Positions 1-10,918 are shown, counted from the stretch's first letter. The stretch: 64,000 nucleotides of DNA from Candidatus Poribacteria bacterium (GCA_963663765.2 CAXXUA010000015.1:448001-512000); one strand, 5' to 3'. Made by a program: numbers and translations. The notes: generated from the sequence alone by a model not told the origin.

Positions 1-3000
1 AAACTGACGAAATTAGCAATTGAAGAGAGTAGCAGATACGGTGGCACTTACATGAAAGATAGACTATATCAGCTGCTTGCAAAAAACTATCACGCAATGA
101 AACAATATGAAAAGGCTGTGGAAGCGTATCGTTCAGTGCCAAGCGGTAGCAGCATGAATGTGCAATCCGAAATTCGTAAAATCGCAAAAGAAGGTAAACT
201 CTTTGAAAAATGGATTCCTGAACAACTGAAAAAGGTTGAGAAGAATCCCGAGGATACTAACCTACGTTTGACACTTGCACAAAATTATCAATCTGCTGAA
301 AAACACAAAGAAGCAGTTGCACAGTATGAAATACTGACAACGCTCAAACCTGACAAAGCGGAATGGCATAAAAATTTGGGCGGTTTGTATGCGAATCTGT
401 CAATAGAAAAACGGAATACAGGTCAAGTCATTGAAGGCACGGCTCTAACTCTGACAGGAGAAAAGAGTTTCGTCGCAATAGCCGATAGCGATGCTTTAAA
501 CAACATCACAGAGCAAATGACGGTCTCTGCTTGGATCAAACCGACCGGATACCCAAATGAACACACACCTATTATCTATAAGAGTGATGAGAAAGTTCAG
601 AACCCTAATATACGAAGTTTCGGTTTCAATATAGTAGAGGGTGGTAGAATTAGAATCTCATCAGCTCCAGCAGATAAACATTTTGTGTCCTTCAATTCAC
701 CACCTGGTACCGTCAAACTCAACAAATGGTACCACATTGCAGTCGTCATTGATGTCAAAAAGAATTATTTGAAACTATTCGTTGATGGGATTGAAATTGG
801 CAACACCGATTATAGAAGTGGGAAGAGTATACATAAGAGTAAGCTACCGTTCAGGATTGGATGGGTACATCGGGAAGATATGCCATCAAAAAAGACCTTC
901 GTTGGGCAAATAGATGAGGTGCGTATCTGGAACATACCTCGCACGGTAGAACAGATTCGTGCTGATATGAACAAACAACTCAAAGGGAATGAACCCGGAT
1001 TGGTTGGTTATTGGAAATTTGATGAAGAGACAGAAGGTATTATTACCGATTCTTCACCTAACAATAATGATGGTAAGTTTATTGGCGATGCGAAACTTGA
1101 ACCGTACAAGCGTCCAGTATTTGAGACAACCAAGAATGAGAACTTAGCAAAGGCAACCGCTGCTTATGATAAAGCACTAAAACTCAAACCTACTTTATAC
1201 AACTATTATGACTTGTTAGCAAAGTCCTATCTAAAAGTTGATAAAAAATCCGATGCTGAAAAGGTATATCGTCAGGCATTGGATGCGCCACTTTCACAAA
1301 ACAACCACGATTCAGCAGTTCGAGCAATTGCCGGACTTTACGGTGAGGATAATCAAGCAGAACAACTTATTACTATCCTTGAAGAGTTCAGACCGAAAAT
1401 GGAAAGTCGCGCCTTTATGCATCAACTTATGGCTGAGACATACAAAAAGTTAGAGAACTCGGAAAAATCAGGTCTCGCTTATGATCGATGGATTCAAATT
1501 CGGGAGAAGGAATTGAACCGTTCAACGAGTTATTATAGCCTCCATAATTTCGCTAAGGAACTCCTTGATAAAGGTCTCTATCCGGAAGTCGCATTAAAAT
1601 TCGCAAAACGCGCACTACAAAGTTATACCTACGTTAGTTCTACATATCCTTCAACAGTTGGACGGGCATGTATTGCTAACGAATTATATGACGAAGCTGT
1701 AAAGTTTTACGAATACGCGTTTAGCACTGTATCTTCCATATCTGCAACGGACTTTGTTTGGAAAAGTGTTTTTGATGAAGTAAAGAAGCTTAAAGACAAA
1801 GAACAATACAAGCAGTTGCTTGATAATTTGATAGACTCAATTCCGAAGAAAAATTTTACTAAATGGGCAAACGGACACCGAATGGTTGCACAATTCTATA
1901 GTGATACAGGTATGCAGGAAACAGCAGAAAGTTATGTCATGAAGGGTGGTTTTATACCTGAAAACCGGTGGATTGTTCTCGCACCATTTATTAACATAGA
2001 TTCACACGGGCATGTAAAAGCGTATATCCCTGAAGACACAACACAGATTGATCCAACCACAGAATACTACGGTAGAGATGGACTCATCAGTTGGCAAAAA
2101 TCGGAATATCGGTCATTAGATGGACATTACAACATTACTGATCCGACAGATGCCAGTGCTGCCTATTTTTGGACAATCGTTGTTTCTCCTGAAGAACGTG
2201 ATGTTACAGTCCGATTTGACAGCGACGATCAGGGCACAGTCTGGTTAAACGGAATACAGGAGTATAAGCACGACAGAACCGGTGCCGAGCAAATTGACCG
2301 ATATTCTTTTCCCATCACATTAAAACAAGGGAAAAATACATTGCTCCTCAAGGTATGCAATTCAACACAGGGATGGGGTTTCTATTTTCGCATAACAGAC
2401 GATGATGGTATGCCGTTCGATGATCTGACATATAAATCCGCAGATGAGTTGCTGAGTGCTTCATCTCCAGAACCAAAATTCCATCTGAATGCTGTAATTG
2501 GTATGATCGAATACTACAGCAAAAATGATATGCAAGAAAAAGCAATGGAAGAAATGCTGAAGACAGGTCTAATTCATGAGAATCAATGGTTAGTTCTGGG
2601 ACCTTTTGACAACGATGGTGGAATAGGATATAACACCGCTTATGTTCCAGAAGATGCGATAGAGATTGATTTGACAGCCGAATATGATGGTGTTGATGGT
2701 AAGATTAGTTGGAAAAAACCTACAGATGATACTTTCAACGGCTATATTGATCTTGGTCGGAATGAAGATTGGCGTGTTGCTTACGCATGGGTGACTGTAA
2801 CTTCTCCTGATAAAAGAGCGGTGCAATTCCGCATCGGCAGCGACGATCAGAGTAAAATTTGGCTCAACGGCAAAGAGGTGTATGCATTTCCAGAATATCG
2901 TTGGGCAAAAGTTGATAACGATACAATTCCGGTTACGCTCAAGGCTGGGAAAAACTCTATACTTGTCAAAATCTGCAATGAAGAACTGAGTTGGGGCTTC

Positions 3001-3075
3001 TACTTTCGTATCACTAATACTGATGGAAAACCTATTCCAGATCTAAAAATTAACGTAACTCAAGATAATCAGTAA
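1..3075 (+). CDS. TPR + LamG-like jellyroll + repeated beta-sandwich (PA14/galactose-binding-like) protein; 5' partial
   Basis: The frame is open from base 1. It has TPR-like helices, LamG motifs (TVSAWIKP, WYHIAVV, GQIDEVRIWN, LVGYWKFDE) and two repeated C-terminal domains with 'SDDQ..WLNG...L..G.N..L.K'. Confidence 0.8.
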   Translation, partial: KLTKLAIEESSRYGGTYMKDRLYQLLAKNYHAMKQYEKAVEAYRSVPSGSSMNVQSEIRKIAKEGKLFEKWIPEQLKKVEKNPEDTNLRLTLAQNYQSAEKHKEAVAQYEILTTLKPDKAEWHKNLGGLYANLSIEKRNTGQVIEGTALTLTGEKSFVAIADSDALNNITEQMTVSAWIKPTGYPNEHTPIIYKSDEKVQNPNIRSFGFNIVEGGRIRISSAPADKHFVSFNSPPGTVKLNKWYHIAVVIDVKKNYLKLFVDGIEIGNTDYRSGKSIHKSKLPFRIGWVHREDMPSKKTFVGQIDEVRIWNIPRTVEQIRADMNKQLKGNEPGLVGYWKFDEETEGIITDSSPNNNDGKFIGDAKLEPYKRPVFETTKNENLAKATAAYDKALKLKPTLYNYYDLLAKSYLKVDKKSDAEKVYRQALDAPLSQNNHDSAVRAIAGLYGEDNQAEQLITILEEFRPKMESRAFMHQLMAETYKKLENSEKSGLAYDRWIQIREKELNRSTSYYSLHNFAKELLDKGLYPEVALKFAKRALQSYTYVSSTYPSTVGRACIANELYDEAVKFYEYAFSTVSSISATDFVWKSVFDEVKKLKDKEQYKQLLDNLIDSIPKKNFTKWANGHRMVAQFYSDTGMQETAESYVMKGGFIPENRWIVLAPFINIDSHGHVKAYIPEDTTQIDPTTEYYGRDGLISWQKSEYRSLDGHYNITDPTDASAAYFWTIVVSPEERDVTVRFDSDDQGTVWLNGIQEYKHDRTGAEQIDRYSFPITLKQGKNTLLLKVCNSTQGWGFYFRITDDDGMPFDDLTYKSADELLSASSPEPKFHLNAVIGMIEYYSKNDMQEKAMEEMLKTGLIHENQWLVLGPFDNDGGIGYNTAYVPEDAIEIDLTAEYDGVDGKISWKKPTDDTFNGYIDLGRNEDWRVAYAWVTVTSPDKRAVQFRIGSDDQSKIWLNGKEVYAFPEYRWAKVDNDTIPVTLKAGKNSILVKICNEELSWGFYFRITNTDGKPIPDLKINVTQDNQ

Positions 3076-3572
3076 GCGGTGTCCTGTTTGAAGGGACTCA
3101 ACGCTGAACACGCGTGTTTGACGAGATTTTTATGTTTATGTACCCTTTTATCCAAAAAACTTTGCCTTCTGACATACTCGCACTACAAGAAGTAAAATAA
3201 TAAGAGAAGCAAACGTCTATCCTAATCCACACCGATAGCGTTATAAAATTGCCTATATCCAACTCAATATTTTCGTCTTTGGTCATGTCTTTTTCAATTA
3301 TCGTCCCATCATCAACCAATAAATGCATAAACACCGCAACCTGTTTATGCCTCAGCATTGTTGATACGGCGCACCCTAAAGACCATTTCACTCCCATCAG
3401 GAAAGTCAATTACAACCGAGTCAATCTGCTGATACTCTTAAAATAGCTACTCTGTAGTAAGTGGAATCGCCTCAAGGCTTTCAAGTTCTTCTTCAGAAAC
3501 AATACGTACCTGTTGTTTCCTCTTTTCTTCACGCAAAATTTATCAAAACGCATAAAAGGTCCAAAACCGAAA

Positions 3573-3891
3573 CGGGTGTGTAAAGTTTTGGTTACTGTGC
3601 GTAGGGGCGGGGGTCTCCCCGCCCGATCAGAGGTCTTACGTAAGAGAGGAAACCTCGTCCCTACGATGTCCACAGCTCCCTAACGTCAAGCAAGCTTTCA
3701 TAGAAACTATAGATACTTCTTTTATAGTAAAATATACAATTAAGTTTACACTTGGTCTGTAGGAGCGATCTCCGAATCGCGACTGAACGCCTTGATAATC
3801 GGGAATCGGAGTTCCCTCCTACACCTGAAAGTGTAAAAATAATTCTAAAATCCACTATAATATCAGGGTTTCTATAAAAACTTTACACACC
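3573..3891. mobile_element. MITE-like element (family B, TIR GGTGTGTAAAGTTTT) with internal palindromes
   Basis: Inverted ends gggtgtgtaaagtttt / aaaactttacacacc. The same TIR bounds 54947-55666. Confidence 0.65.
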
Positions 3892-3918
3892 TAAACTGAA
3901 ACTTTACGAAACAATGAC

Positions 3919-3947
3919 TTGACAAACCTGTTATTTTGTGATATGTT
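3919..3947 (+). promoter_or_regulatory. Putative sigma70 promoter
   Basis: TTGACA-N17-TATGTT about 140 bp upstream of the 4084 ORF. Confidence 0.45.
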
Positions 3948-4083
3948 GTAAACAGTGTTTTAGTATCTGGATAATGCCTAATCTATAGTCATTATTATCT
4001 GATAACTAAACCATATTTTTAATTCTAAGCGTTCAATATACAGGTGTAACAAACCTTTTGAATGCGAAAACTAATGGAGAATA

Positions 4084-4857
4084 TTGATGATTTTGAAAGC
4101 TAATAGATTGACTTGTATCCTCAGCCTATTATTGTTCGTAACGTTGAATGTTAATATGGTTGATGCGGAAGACTTTGTAACAGATGGACTTGTAGCGATG
4201 TATACGTTGAATCAATCCGATCTAAAGGGTGATGTTGTTATGGATGTGTCTGGAAACGACAATCATGCTAAACTAATTGGCAGCATTGAATTTGCTGAAG
4301 GACAGATCGATGATGCTATGAAATTCGTTGGATCAGCAAACAACTATGTTGAGATACCTGCTTTAGGAGGATTTGAATTTGCCTCAGTTGAATGTTACGC
4401 ACTTGAAGCAGCATTTCAGGGAATCCAAGGTATTGTATCTACATGGGAGTGGGCAGCAGGTAAGGTTCATTTCAAGTTTAAATCTAACCAGATTCAAGCA
4501 CAAAAAAATGATGGAGTCAAACTATATTATAGTAATACTGTAGTGAACACTTGGTATCACATCGTATATACGACAGATACGGCAGCAAATGAATATAAAC
4601 TCTATATTGATGGTGAGATGATAGGAGAAGGTACCGCAGGTGCAACACCTGAAAATATGAACGAACGAAGGATCGGCAGCGAACATGATGGTAGATGGCT
4701 GAACGGAATGATGGATAACGTCCGTATTTATGACCGTGTGCTAAGTGCTGATGAGGTGATGCAGAACTTTGAAGCAAAAATAGACACTTTTCCTGTTGAA
4801 CCTACTGACAAACTTTCTACTATTTGGGGGATACTCAAGCATAAGAGAAGTTATTAG
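4084..4857 (+). CDS. Secreted LamG-domain protein with C-terminal VEP..KL.T.WG.LK motif
   Basis: Signal peptide; LamG motifs (WYHIVYT, LYIDG, GMMDNVRIYDRVLS); C-terminus FPVEPTDKLSTIWGILK. Confidence 0.85.
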   Translation: MMILKANRLTCILSLLLFVTLNVNMVDAEDFVTDGLVAMYTLNQSDLKGDVVMDVSGNDNHAKLIGSIEFAEGQIDDAMKFVGSANNYVEIPALGGFEFASVECYALEAAFQGIQGIVSTWEWAAGKVHFKFKSNQIQAQKNDGVKLYYSNTVVNTWYHIVYTTDTAANEYKLYIDGEMIGEGTAGATPENMNERRIGSEHDGRWLNGMMDNVRIYDRVLSADEVMQNFEAKIDTFPVEPTDKLSTIWGILKHKRSY

Positions 4858-4862
4858 TTCAG

Positions 4863-5777
4863 ATGAAAAAGATAAATAAGGCGATTATTCCTATCGCTGG
4901 ATACGGAACACGCCTCTTCCCAGCTACGAAAGCCGTGCCAAAAGCACTGTTTCCAATAATTGACAAAGACGGAATCGCTAAACCGATTATTCAGTTGATA
5001 ATTGAGGAAGCACTAACTGCTGGTGTGGAAGAGGTGTGTCTCGTTGCGCAACCCCATCAGGTTGAACCGATTACCGATTATTTTTCTGGAGACGTTCCAG
5101 ATACTATCCGTGAAAAGCCTGAATTAGCTGAACAAGTTATCATTTTGACTGAAATAGGTGAACGGTTGCAATTTGCTATTCAAACAAAACCGCAGGGATT
5201 CGGCCATGCAATCTATTGTGCTAAAGACTTTGCTGGCAGTGAACCTGTCATGATTCTACTTGGCGACCATCTCTATATCTCTGAAACAGAATCTTCTTGT
5301 GCTAAACAGTTAGTAGATGTCTATGCACAGGTTGGAAAGTCCGTGACTAGTCTTGACATCTGTGATGAAAGTGAACTATCGCTGAATGGTATTGTGCATG
5401 GAGATGCAACTGTGGATAATCCAAGTCTTTTCAAGTTAGCACGTATCTCTGAAAAGCCGTCGGTAGACTTTGCACGAGAACACATGCGAGTTGAAGGAAT
5501 ATGGGACGCAGGGAAAACACATAAATACCTATGTCATTTCGGTATTGACCTTCTCACGCCGCTTCTGTTTGACATATTGGATTACAACTACCGTAACAAT
5601 ATTCTGACACACGGTGAGATTCAGTTGCGGGATGCAATGGCTGAAATGGTTCGACAAGAAGGTATGTACGGTTTCCGTGTTGCTGGTAATCGCTATGACA
5701 CAGGCAATCCACGAGAATTACTCACAACTGCTCATGCTTTTGGTCTTGAAGGTCCTTTCAGCGATACCTTAATCTAA
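4863..5777 (+). CDS. galU: UTP-glucose-1-phosphate uridylyltransferase-like sugar-phosphate nucleotidyltransferase
   Basis: KAIIPIAGYGTRLFPATKAVPKAL, QTKPQGFGHAI, LLGD, EKP, GEIQL.DA and RYDTG motifs. Confidence 0.75.
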   Translation: MKKINKAIIPIAGYGTRLFPATKAVPKALFPIIDKDGIAKPIIQLIIEEALTAGVEEVCLVAQPHQVEPITDYFSGDVPDTIREKPELAEQVIILTEIGERLQFAIQTKPQGFGHAIYCAKDFAGSEPVMILLGDHLYISETESSCAKQLVDVYAQVGKSVTSLDICDESELSLNGIVHGDATVDNPSLFKLARISEKPSVDFAREHMRVEGIWDAGKTHKYLCHFGIDLLTPLLFDILDYNYRNNILTHGEIQLRDAMAEMVRQEGMYGFRVAGNRYDTGNPRELLTTAHAFGLEGPFSDTLI

Positions 5778-6479
5778 CGTTCCTCCAATCTCCAATTCAA
5801 TTATCTCTACATCCTGATTAGCAGTTAATTGACGGTATTCTTCAATCGTTCCGGTTAAAAGCGGGAAAGTGCCGTAATGCATTGGTAAAACTGCGGGGAC
5901 ATTAAGTAGTTTTGTCGCATAAGCAGCTTCACGCGGTCCCATTGTAAAATGGTCTCCTATAGGTAGGATTGCTAAATCAGGTTGATAGATTTCCCCGATG
6001 ATTTTCATATCACCAAATACACAGGTGTCCCCAGCATAGTATATTTTATAACCATTTGCGAATTCAATCACAAACCCAGAAGATTCTCCTAAATAAACTA
6101 TCGTTCCATCTTCTTCAACGCAGCTACTACTATGGTTGGCTGTAACCATAGTAGCTTTTACGCCATCTACAGAAACAGTACCACCTTTGTTCATCCCGAT
6201 AGTATTTTCTACACCTTTGCTTTCAAGATATTTTGCTACTTCAATCATAGCTACGACTGTTGGTGTGTGCTTTTTTGCGATTGGTGCAGCATCTTCCATG
6301 TGATCCCAATGTCCGTGTGTTATGAACATAACATCAAGTCTCTCAAAAGTCTTGAGTTCATCAGGACAGACAGGATTGCTATCAACCCAAGGATCTATTA
6401 TGTAGGTTTTACATTCATTTTCAATTTTATATGTTGCATGACCTAACCATGTTAATCTTATTCCGTTGTTTAGTTTCAT
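5769..6479 (-). CDS. Metal-dependent hydrolase, metallo-beta-lactamase fold (UPF0173-like)
   Basis: WLGHA, IDPW, THGHWDH, AGDT, LPIGDHFTMGP and PMHYGTFP motifs. Confidence 0.9.
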   Translation of the reverse strand: MKLNNGIRLTWLGHATYKIENECKTYIIDPWVDSNPVCPDELKTFERLDVMFITHGHWDHMEDAAPIAKKHTPTVVAMIEVAKYLESKGVENTIGMNKGGTVSVDGVKATMVTANHSSSCVEEDGTIVYLGESSGFVIEFANGYKIYYAGDTCVFGDMKIIGEIYQPDLAILPIGDHFTMGPREAAYATKLLNVPAVLPMHYGTFPLLTGTIEEYRQLTANQDVEIIELEIGGTLD

Positions 6480-6578
6480 TAGTTTCCTCTTTTTGCGTTT
6501 CGTTATGCCCGGAAGGTCTCTCCTATCTGTGCGAAGTGTTTGATTATTTCTTTATTCACTAAAGCATGGTGATCTGTA

Positions 6579-7385
6579 TTAACCAACTTCCTGACCGTCC
6601 AATTTTCCAACTTGCAGGTCAATTTCCTCGCGTGACTCAATTTTTTCTACCTTGCCATCTGACATGTGAAAAATCCTGTCGGAAACATCCAGCATTTTGT
6701 GGTCGTGTGTTGCAGTGATGATAGTCACCCCGTTTTCGTCATTCAGATTACGGAGGAGATCGATGATTTCAAGTCCAGTTTTTGTATCCAAATTTCCCGT
6801 AGGTTCATCGGCAAGGACAATTGCGGGGTCATTTGCAAGGGAGCGTGCAATTGCGACACGTTGCTGTTGACCACCCGAAAGTTCAAGCGGTTTGTGTTGA
6901 ATGCGGTCACCTAAACCTACCAGAGATAGCAGATCAACCCCTTTATCTCTGCTTTCATCGGCACTCATGCCAGCAAAAATCATGGGTAACGAGACATTTT
7001 CAAGTGCAGTCATGACAGGGATAAGGTTGAAGGATTGGAAAATATAACCGATCTTCCGGCAACGCAGCCATGCTAACTCATACGCGTCCAATTGTGCTAT
7101 ATCTACTTCATCAATATAGACTCTTCCCTCGGTAGGTTTGTCTAAACCGCCGATCATATTAAAGAGCGTAGATTTTCCTGAACCTGATGGTCCCATGATA
7201 GAGATGTATTCTCCGCGTTGAATGTGGAAGTTGACTCCCCGCAATGCGTCCACAGTTGTTGTTCCCATTTCGTAGCGTTTGATTAGGTTTCTCACGCGGA
7301 CGGTGTTTTCTTTGGGTATCATACGTTCAAGTCGTTTTGGTGTTTCGGTGAGATTTGGTTGCATTCCACCCATTTCTGCTTGCAT
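6579..7385 (-). CDS. ABC transporter ATP-binding protein (LolD/MacB/FtsE type)
   Basis: Walker A GPSGSGKST, signature LSGGQQQR, LADEPTGNLD, H-loop ATHD. Confidence 0.95.
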   Translation of the reverse strand: MQAEMGGMQPNLTETPKRLERMIPKENTVRVRNLIKRYEMGTTTVDALRGVNFHIQRGEYISIMGPSGSGKSTLFNMIGGLDKPTEGRVYIDEVDIAQLDAYELAWLRCRKIGYIFQSFNLIPVMTALENVSLPMIFAGMSADESRDKGVDLLSLVGLGDRIQHKPLELSGGQQQRVAIARSLANDPAIVLADEPTGNLDTKTGLEIIDLLRNLNDENGVTIITATHDHKMLDVSDRIFHMSDGKVEKIESREEIDLQVGKLDGQEVG

Positions 7386-7417
7386 AACTTGTGTCTCCTC
7401 TACGGTAATACTTCCAC

Positions 7418-7882
7418 CTAACCTTTAGACAAAAACCCAAATCGTCTCTGTTGTGCCGGTTTCTTTGATTGTGCTTCGTTTGGTTTCGTTTCTGTTGGAA
7501 TAGCGAATTGGATGAAGTTCCGTTTACCGAGTTGCTGGATAAAGGTAAAGAGTGATGTTTCTGCTTCTTTACGTGTTAGTTGATGTTTTTTTTGTAGTGC
7601 CTTAATAATCTGTGAAATCGTGTGGTTTCCATCACACATCTCCCATACAAAAGAACCGATTCTATCCAGTACGACAACCCGTTTATCTGGAAGCATAAAG
7701 ATTTTACTCATCAATCTCACCCAAAGTGTTTCTTTCTGAGGAATAACAAGTGATGCTTCCCCTTTGTCATCTAATTCCCAAGTAATCAGCTTATTGCGCA
7801 GCGGGAATGCTTTGAGGACCTTTCCCCTATCTACATCGGGTCGTTTTTTTAGTTTTAGGTTGTAAAGAACTTTGTTGAGCAT
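7418..7882 (-). CDS. PqqD-family (RRE-like) protein
   Basis: LDRIGSFVWEMCDG..TISQII..L.......EAETSLFTFIQQL..R matches the PqqD winged-helix pattern. Confidence 0.75.
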   Translation of the reverse strand: MLNKVLYNLKLKKRPDVDRGKVLKAFPLRNKLITWELDDKGEASLVIPQKETLWVRLMSKIFMLPDKRVVVLDRIGSFVWEMCDGNHTISQIIKALQKKHQLTRKEAETSLFTFIQQLGKRNFIQFAIPTETKPNEAQSKKPAQQRRFGFLSKG

Positions 7883-7914
7883 TTCTTATATACTTATCAA
7901 AGTAAAGTCTGATG

Positions 7915-8208
7915 TTATAAAAAATCAAACTCTTCAATCGTTTCTGCAGTAGCTGCTTTTTCAATGAGTAAATCAAGATCAGTGATTCTATGAATAGAAG
8001 CGACTTTCTGAGAAAAGTCATCTGGTATATTTTCAAATCGTATATTCAATAGTTTTAGGACGACTTCCTGTTTTGCCTGGGTTTCGCCTTGTTCTAAGCC
8101 TTGTTCTAAGCCTTGTTCTATGCCACGTTCTAAGCCTTGTTCTAAGCCTTGTTCTAAGCCTTGTTCTATGCCACGTTCTTCAAGTATGTTTGCCATAGAT
8201 TTTGCCAT
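7915..8208 (-). CDS. Stand-alone second copy of the Rpn C-terminal small protein (RpnS-like)
   Basis: MAKSMANILEERG(xEQG)n..LLNIRF; near-identical to 8234-8563; GGAAG upstream of the ATG at 8208. Confidence 0.65.
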   Translation of the reverse strand: MAKSMANILEERGIEQGLEQGLEQGLERGIEQGLEQGLEQGETQAKQEVVLKLLNIRFENIPDDFSQKVASIHRITDLDLLIEKAATAETIEEFDFL

Positions 8209-8233
8209 GATTCTACTTCCAATAATATAGGGG

Positions 8234-8563
8234 TTAATCAATATTGTTTTGTAAATCAATTTCTTCAATCGTTTCTGCAGTAGCTGCTTTTTCAATGAGT
8301 AAATCAAGATCAGTGATTCTATGAATAGAAGCGACTTTCTGAGAAAAGTCATCTGGTATATTTTCAAATCGTATATTCAATAGTTTTAGGACGACTTCCT
8401 GTTTTGCCTGGGTTTCGCCTTGTTCTAAGCCTTGTTCTAAGCCTTGTTCTAAGCCTTGTTCTAAGCCTTGTTCTAAGCCTTGTTCTAAGCCTTGTTCTAA
8501 GCCTTGTTCTAAGCCTTGTTCTATGCCACGTTCTTCAAGTATGTCTGCCATAGATTTTGCCAT
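8234..8563 (-). CDS. Rpn C-terminal small protein (RpnS-like), the original 3' end of the rpn gene
   Basis: GGAGG RBS precedes the ATG at 8563; 12-bp GLEQ repeats; in frame with the upstream rpn part once the IS is removed. Confidence 0.7.
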   Translation of the reverse strand: MAKSMADILEERGIEQGLEQGLEQGLEQGLEQGLEQGLEQGLEQGLEQGETQAKQEVVLKLLNIRFENIPDDFSQKVASIHRITDLDLLIEKAATAETIEEIDLQNNID

Positions 8564-8582
8564 GGTTTTTACCTCCAATTTA

Positions 8583-10115
8583 CTATAGTTTGGACAGTTT
8601 TAAGATTTTTAGTGACAAAAAGTAGAAAAGAGATTATCCTTCAAAACAAATACATTCTTTGAAAGGATATAACAATGAAACCTCTTTCCCACTTAGAGAC
8701 AATGTTATCAGAATATCAGTCGGTTTTCAAGTATAATAGTAACTTCAACCATTTTCAAACATTCGTCCAAGGTTTGATCTCTACCCCTTATCGTGGAACG
8801 ATGACACAGATATATCAATCAACAAAACCAACATCCACCTATTGGACTTTACCGAAGTTTCTATCCCGTAGCCAATGGTGTATTGATGAACTTGCATCCG
8901 TTCTGACCCAACAAGTTCAAAAAGTTTACAGCAAGGGTGTTTATGTTTATGATGAAACCAAGTCTACTAACGAGGGTCGTCATCAATATGGCACACATTT
9001 TTTCAGAAACACTCGGTATAACAAACGCAACAAAAATCAATCCAAGTTCCATTACGGCCACCAGTTTGGTGCGATCGGATGGCTCTGTGAAACACCAGAT
9101 GGCACGCGCCTGTTTCCATTGGCAGCCAGGGTGATGTGTCCGAGAAAAGAACAAGATAATAGCCTACAAGTGCTTGCGTCTATCTGTGCCAATGTGCCGC
9201 CAGGGTTGATCATATTTGATAGAGGTTTTAATAGGCGTAAAGTGTTTGCAGAGATCCTTTCACAAGGACATCATTTACTCTGTCGTGCAAAGTCTAATGC
9301 TGTGTTCTATTATATCCCCAAAGAAAAGAAACGAAAGGGACCCGGCAGAACGCGTATTTATGGGGATCGTGTGCATAAACCCTATCTAAAATATAGAGAT
9401 TTCGTCGTGGATAATGAAACATATTCTGTCACTGACAAAGTTGTGCGAACAAAGATGTGTCCACAACCCGTAAGGCTTGTTGTGATACGCAAAAAGCCAA
9501 ATCCATCTAAACCGTATAAGTATTTTTGTATGTTTACCTCTGATTTACAACTCTCCGTTGCCGAAGTAATCACACACTATAGAAATAGATGGCAGATTGA
9601 AACGGCGTTCCGGGATGTCAAACAGGAGTTTGGATTTGATACATATCAGGTCCGAAATCGTGTGAGTTTGAACCGACACGTGCAAATCAGTTTTGTGGCA
9701 GCAAGTCTCACACAACTCTGTTGGACAGATACACCGACTGATACAACATCAAACATATCATCGGATACTGAAGAAAATGATGTTCCTGATTTAGACGCTG
9801 TGCTACAAACGCTCGGTATCCATTGGTATAAACCGAAATATCTAACACGTGGATTAATGGTCGCTTATTTACGCTTCTGTTTCCAGCAAAAATATTTTTC
9901 TGCGAGTAACGATCAAAAACAAAACTCAAAGAAAAGTCTAAAAATAGTGGAAGATACGACATGAACTTAGCAGATTTTTGTATTTTTGCGATTTTTTTCA
10001 AAAATATAGTCTAAAATGCTGTGATTTCAAACAGAAAATGAGTAAAAAAAGTGTTTACACAACAATTTTTTTCGCTGTTGAAAGTCCTGACAGGTTTAAA
10101 CTGTCCAAACTATAG
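8583..10115 (+). mobile_element. Complete insertion sequence (IS4/IS701-like DDE), 1533 bp
   Basis: Perfect 18-bp TIRs CTATAGTTTGGACAGTTT / AAACTGTCCAAACTATAG; 9-bp TSD TCCAATTTA at 8574-8582 and 10116-10124. Confidence 0.92.
8675..9964 (+). CDS. DDE transposase (IS4/IS701-like)
   Basis: YVYDET, IIFDRGF and YRNRWQIETAFRDVKQ (YREK-type) motifs. Confidence 0.9.
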   Translation: MKPLSHLETMLSEYQSVFKYNSNFNHFQTFVQGLISTPYRGTMTQIYQSTKPTSTYWTLPKFLSRSQWCIDELASVLTQQVQKVYSKGVYVYDETKSTNEGRHQYGTHFFRNTRYNKRNKNQSKFHYGHQFGAIGWLCETPDGTRLFPLAARVMCPRKEQDNSLQVLASICANVPPGLIIFDRGFNRRKVFAEILSQGHHLLCRAKSNAVFYYIPKEKKRKGPGRTRIYGDRVHKPYLKYRDFVVDNETYSVTDKVVRTKMCPQPVRLVVIRKKPNPSKPYKYFCMFTSDLQLSVAEVITHYRNRWQIETAFRDVKQEFGFDTYQVRNRVSLNRHVQISFVAASLTQLCWTDTPTDTTSNISSDTEENDVPDLDAVLQTLGIHWYKPKYLTRGLMVAYLRFCFQQKYFSASNDQKQNSKKSLKIVEDTT

Positions 10116-10918
10116 TCCAATTTAGGTACTTCTTGATCGATAAGTTTAATCAATTCCTCATGTTCATCTGCGGAACGTCTATGTAGTATCAACAGCAGAA
10201 AATAATTTATTGCTAACTGAAGTTGAACACCTTGTTCTTTATCAAGGTTGATAATGTTGGATATTGCATCAATTATTACTCTACTAATAGTTTCTTTATC
10301 AGATTGTTCTTTTTGAAGAACAGTGAGTAACCATCCAAAAGGATGACCCGATTTCGTTAACTCAGTTAAATCGGTTTCTTTTACATTAAGAAATAGGATA
10401 TCAAATTTTGGGATAAAGCCAGATAGTTCTTCTGGAATATCCATTAAAGGTTCAAGTGTAAGTGGATATTTCCAGTTTGAATCACCAGTGTAAAACACAA
10501 TTGGAAGTATTGGACGAAAACGCAATACATTTTTAAGAATATTACTTGATTCCGATTCCCTCCTTTGAAAATCCCATATTTGTGTCATATAGTATAATAC
10601 CCTAAAACCCATTGAGATATCAACTGTTGATTGATGTTCAATGAGGATATAGATGAGAATCTCGTCAGTTCCCAATTCTCGTTTAAAAGGGACACTTAAA
10701 ACAATATCTGCTTCCTGTTCTCTTAAGGTATCGGGGATAAAACTCCGGTTAATCTGTGTAAGTTGGTTAAAATCAATGTGATCTACCAACTCACGGGCGA
10801 TGATTTCCAACAATCCTCTAACGTTTTCCTTATCTTGAAGCAACCATCTGGCACTCCTGTCAGGGAAGTGTCCAATCTTGATGTCAAAAAACTTGAGTGT
10901 TTGTGTATTTAATGTCAT
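10116..10918 (-). pseudogene. Rpn family (recombination-promoting nuclease / PD-(D/E)XK) gene, 5' part, interrupted by IS
   Basis: SFIPDTLREQEADIV..IYILIEHQS..MGFRVLYY..PILPIVFYTG..W motifs; the reading frame runs into the IS end after DQEVPKL. Confidence 0.85.

Noticed and set aside
3098-3446. Short ORFs on both strands after the first gene
   Set aside because: No recognisable motif or RBS; possibly a decayed gene fragment, but this cannot be supported.
8209-8367. 150-aa version of ORF 7915-8367 and ORF 7827-8036
   Set aside because: These are off-frame readings of the duplicated RpnS-like sequence; the credible start is 8208.
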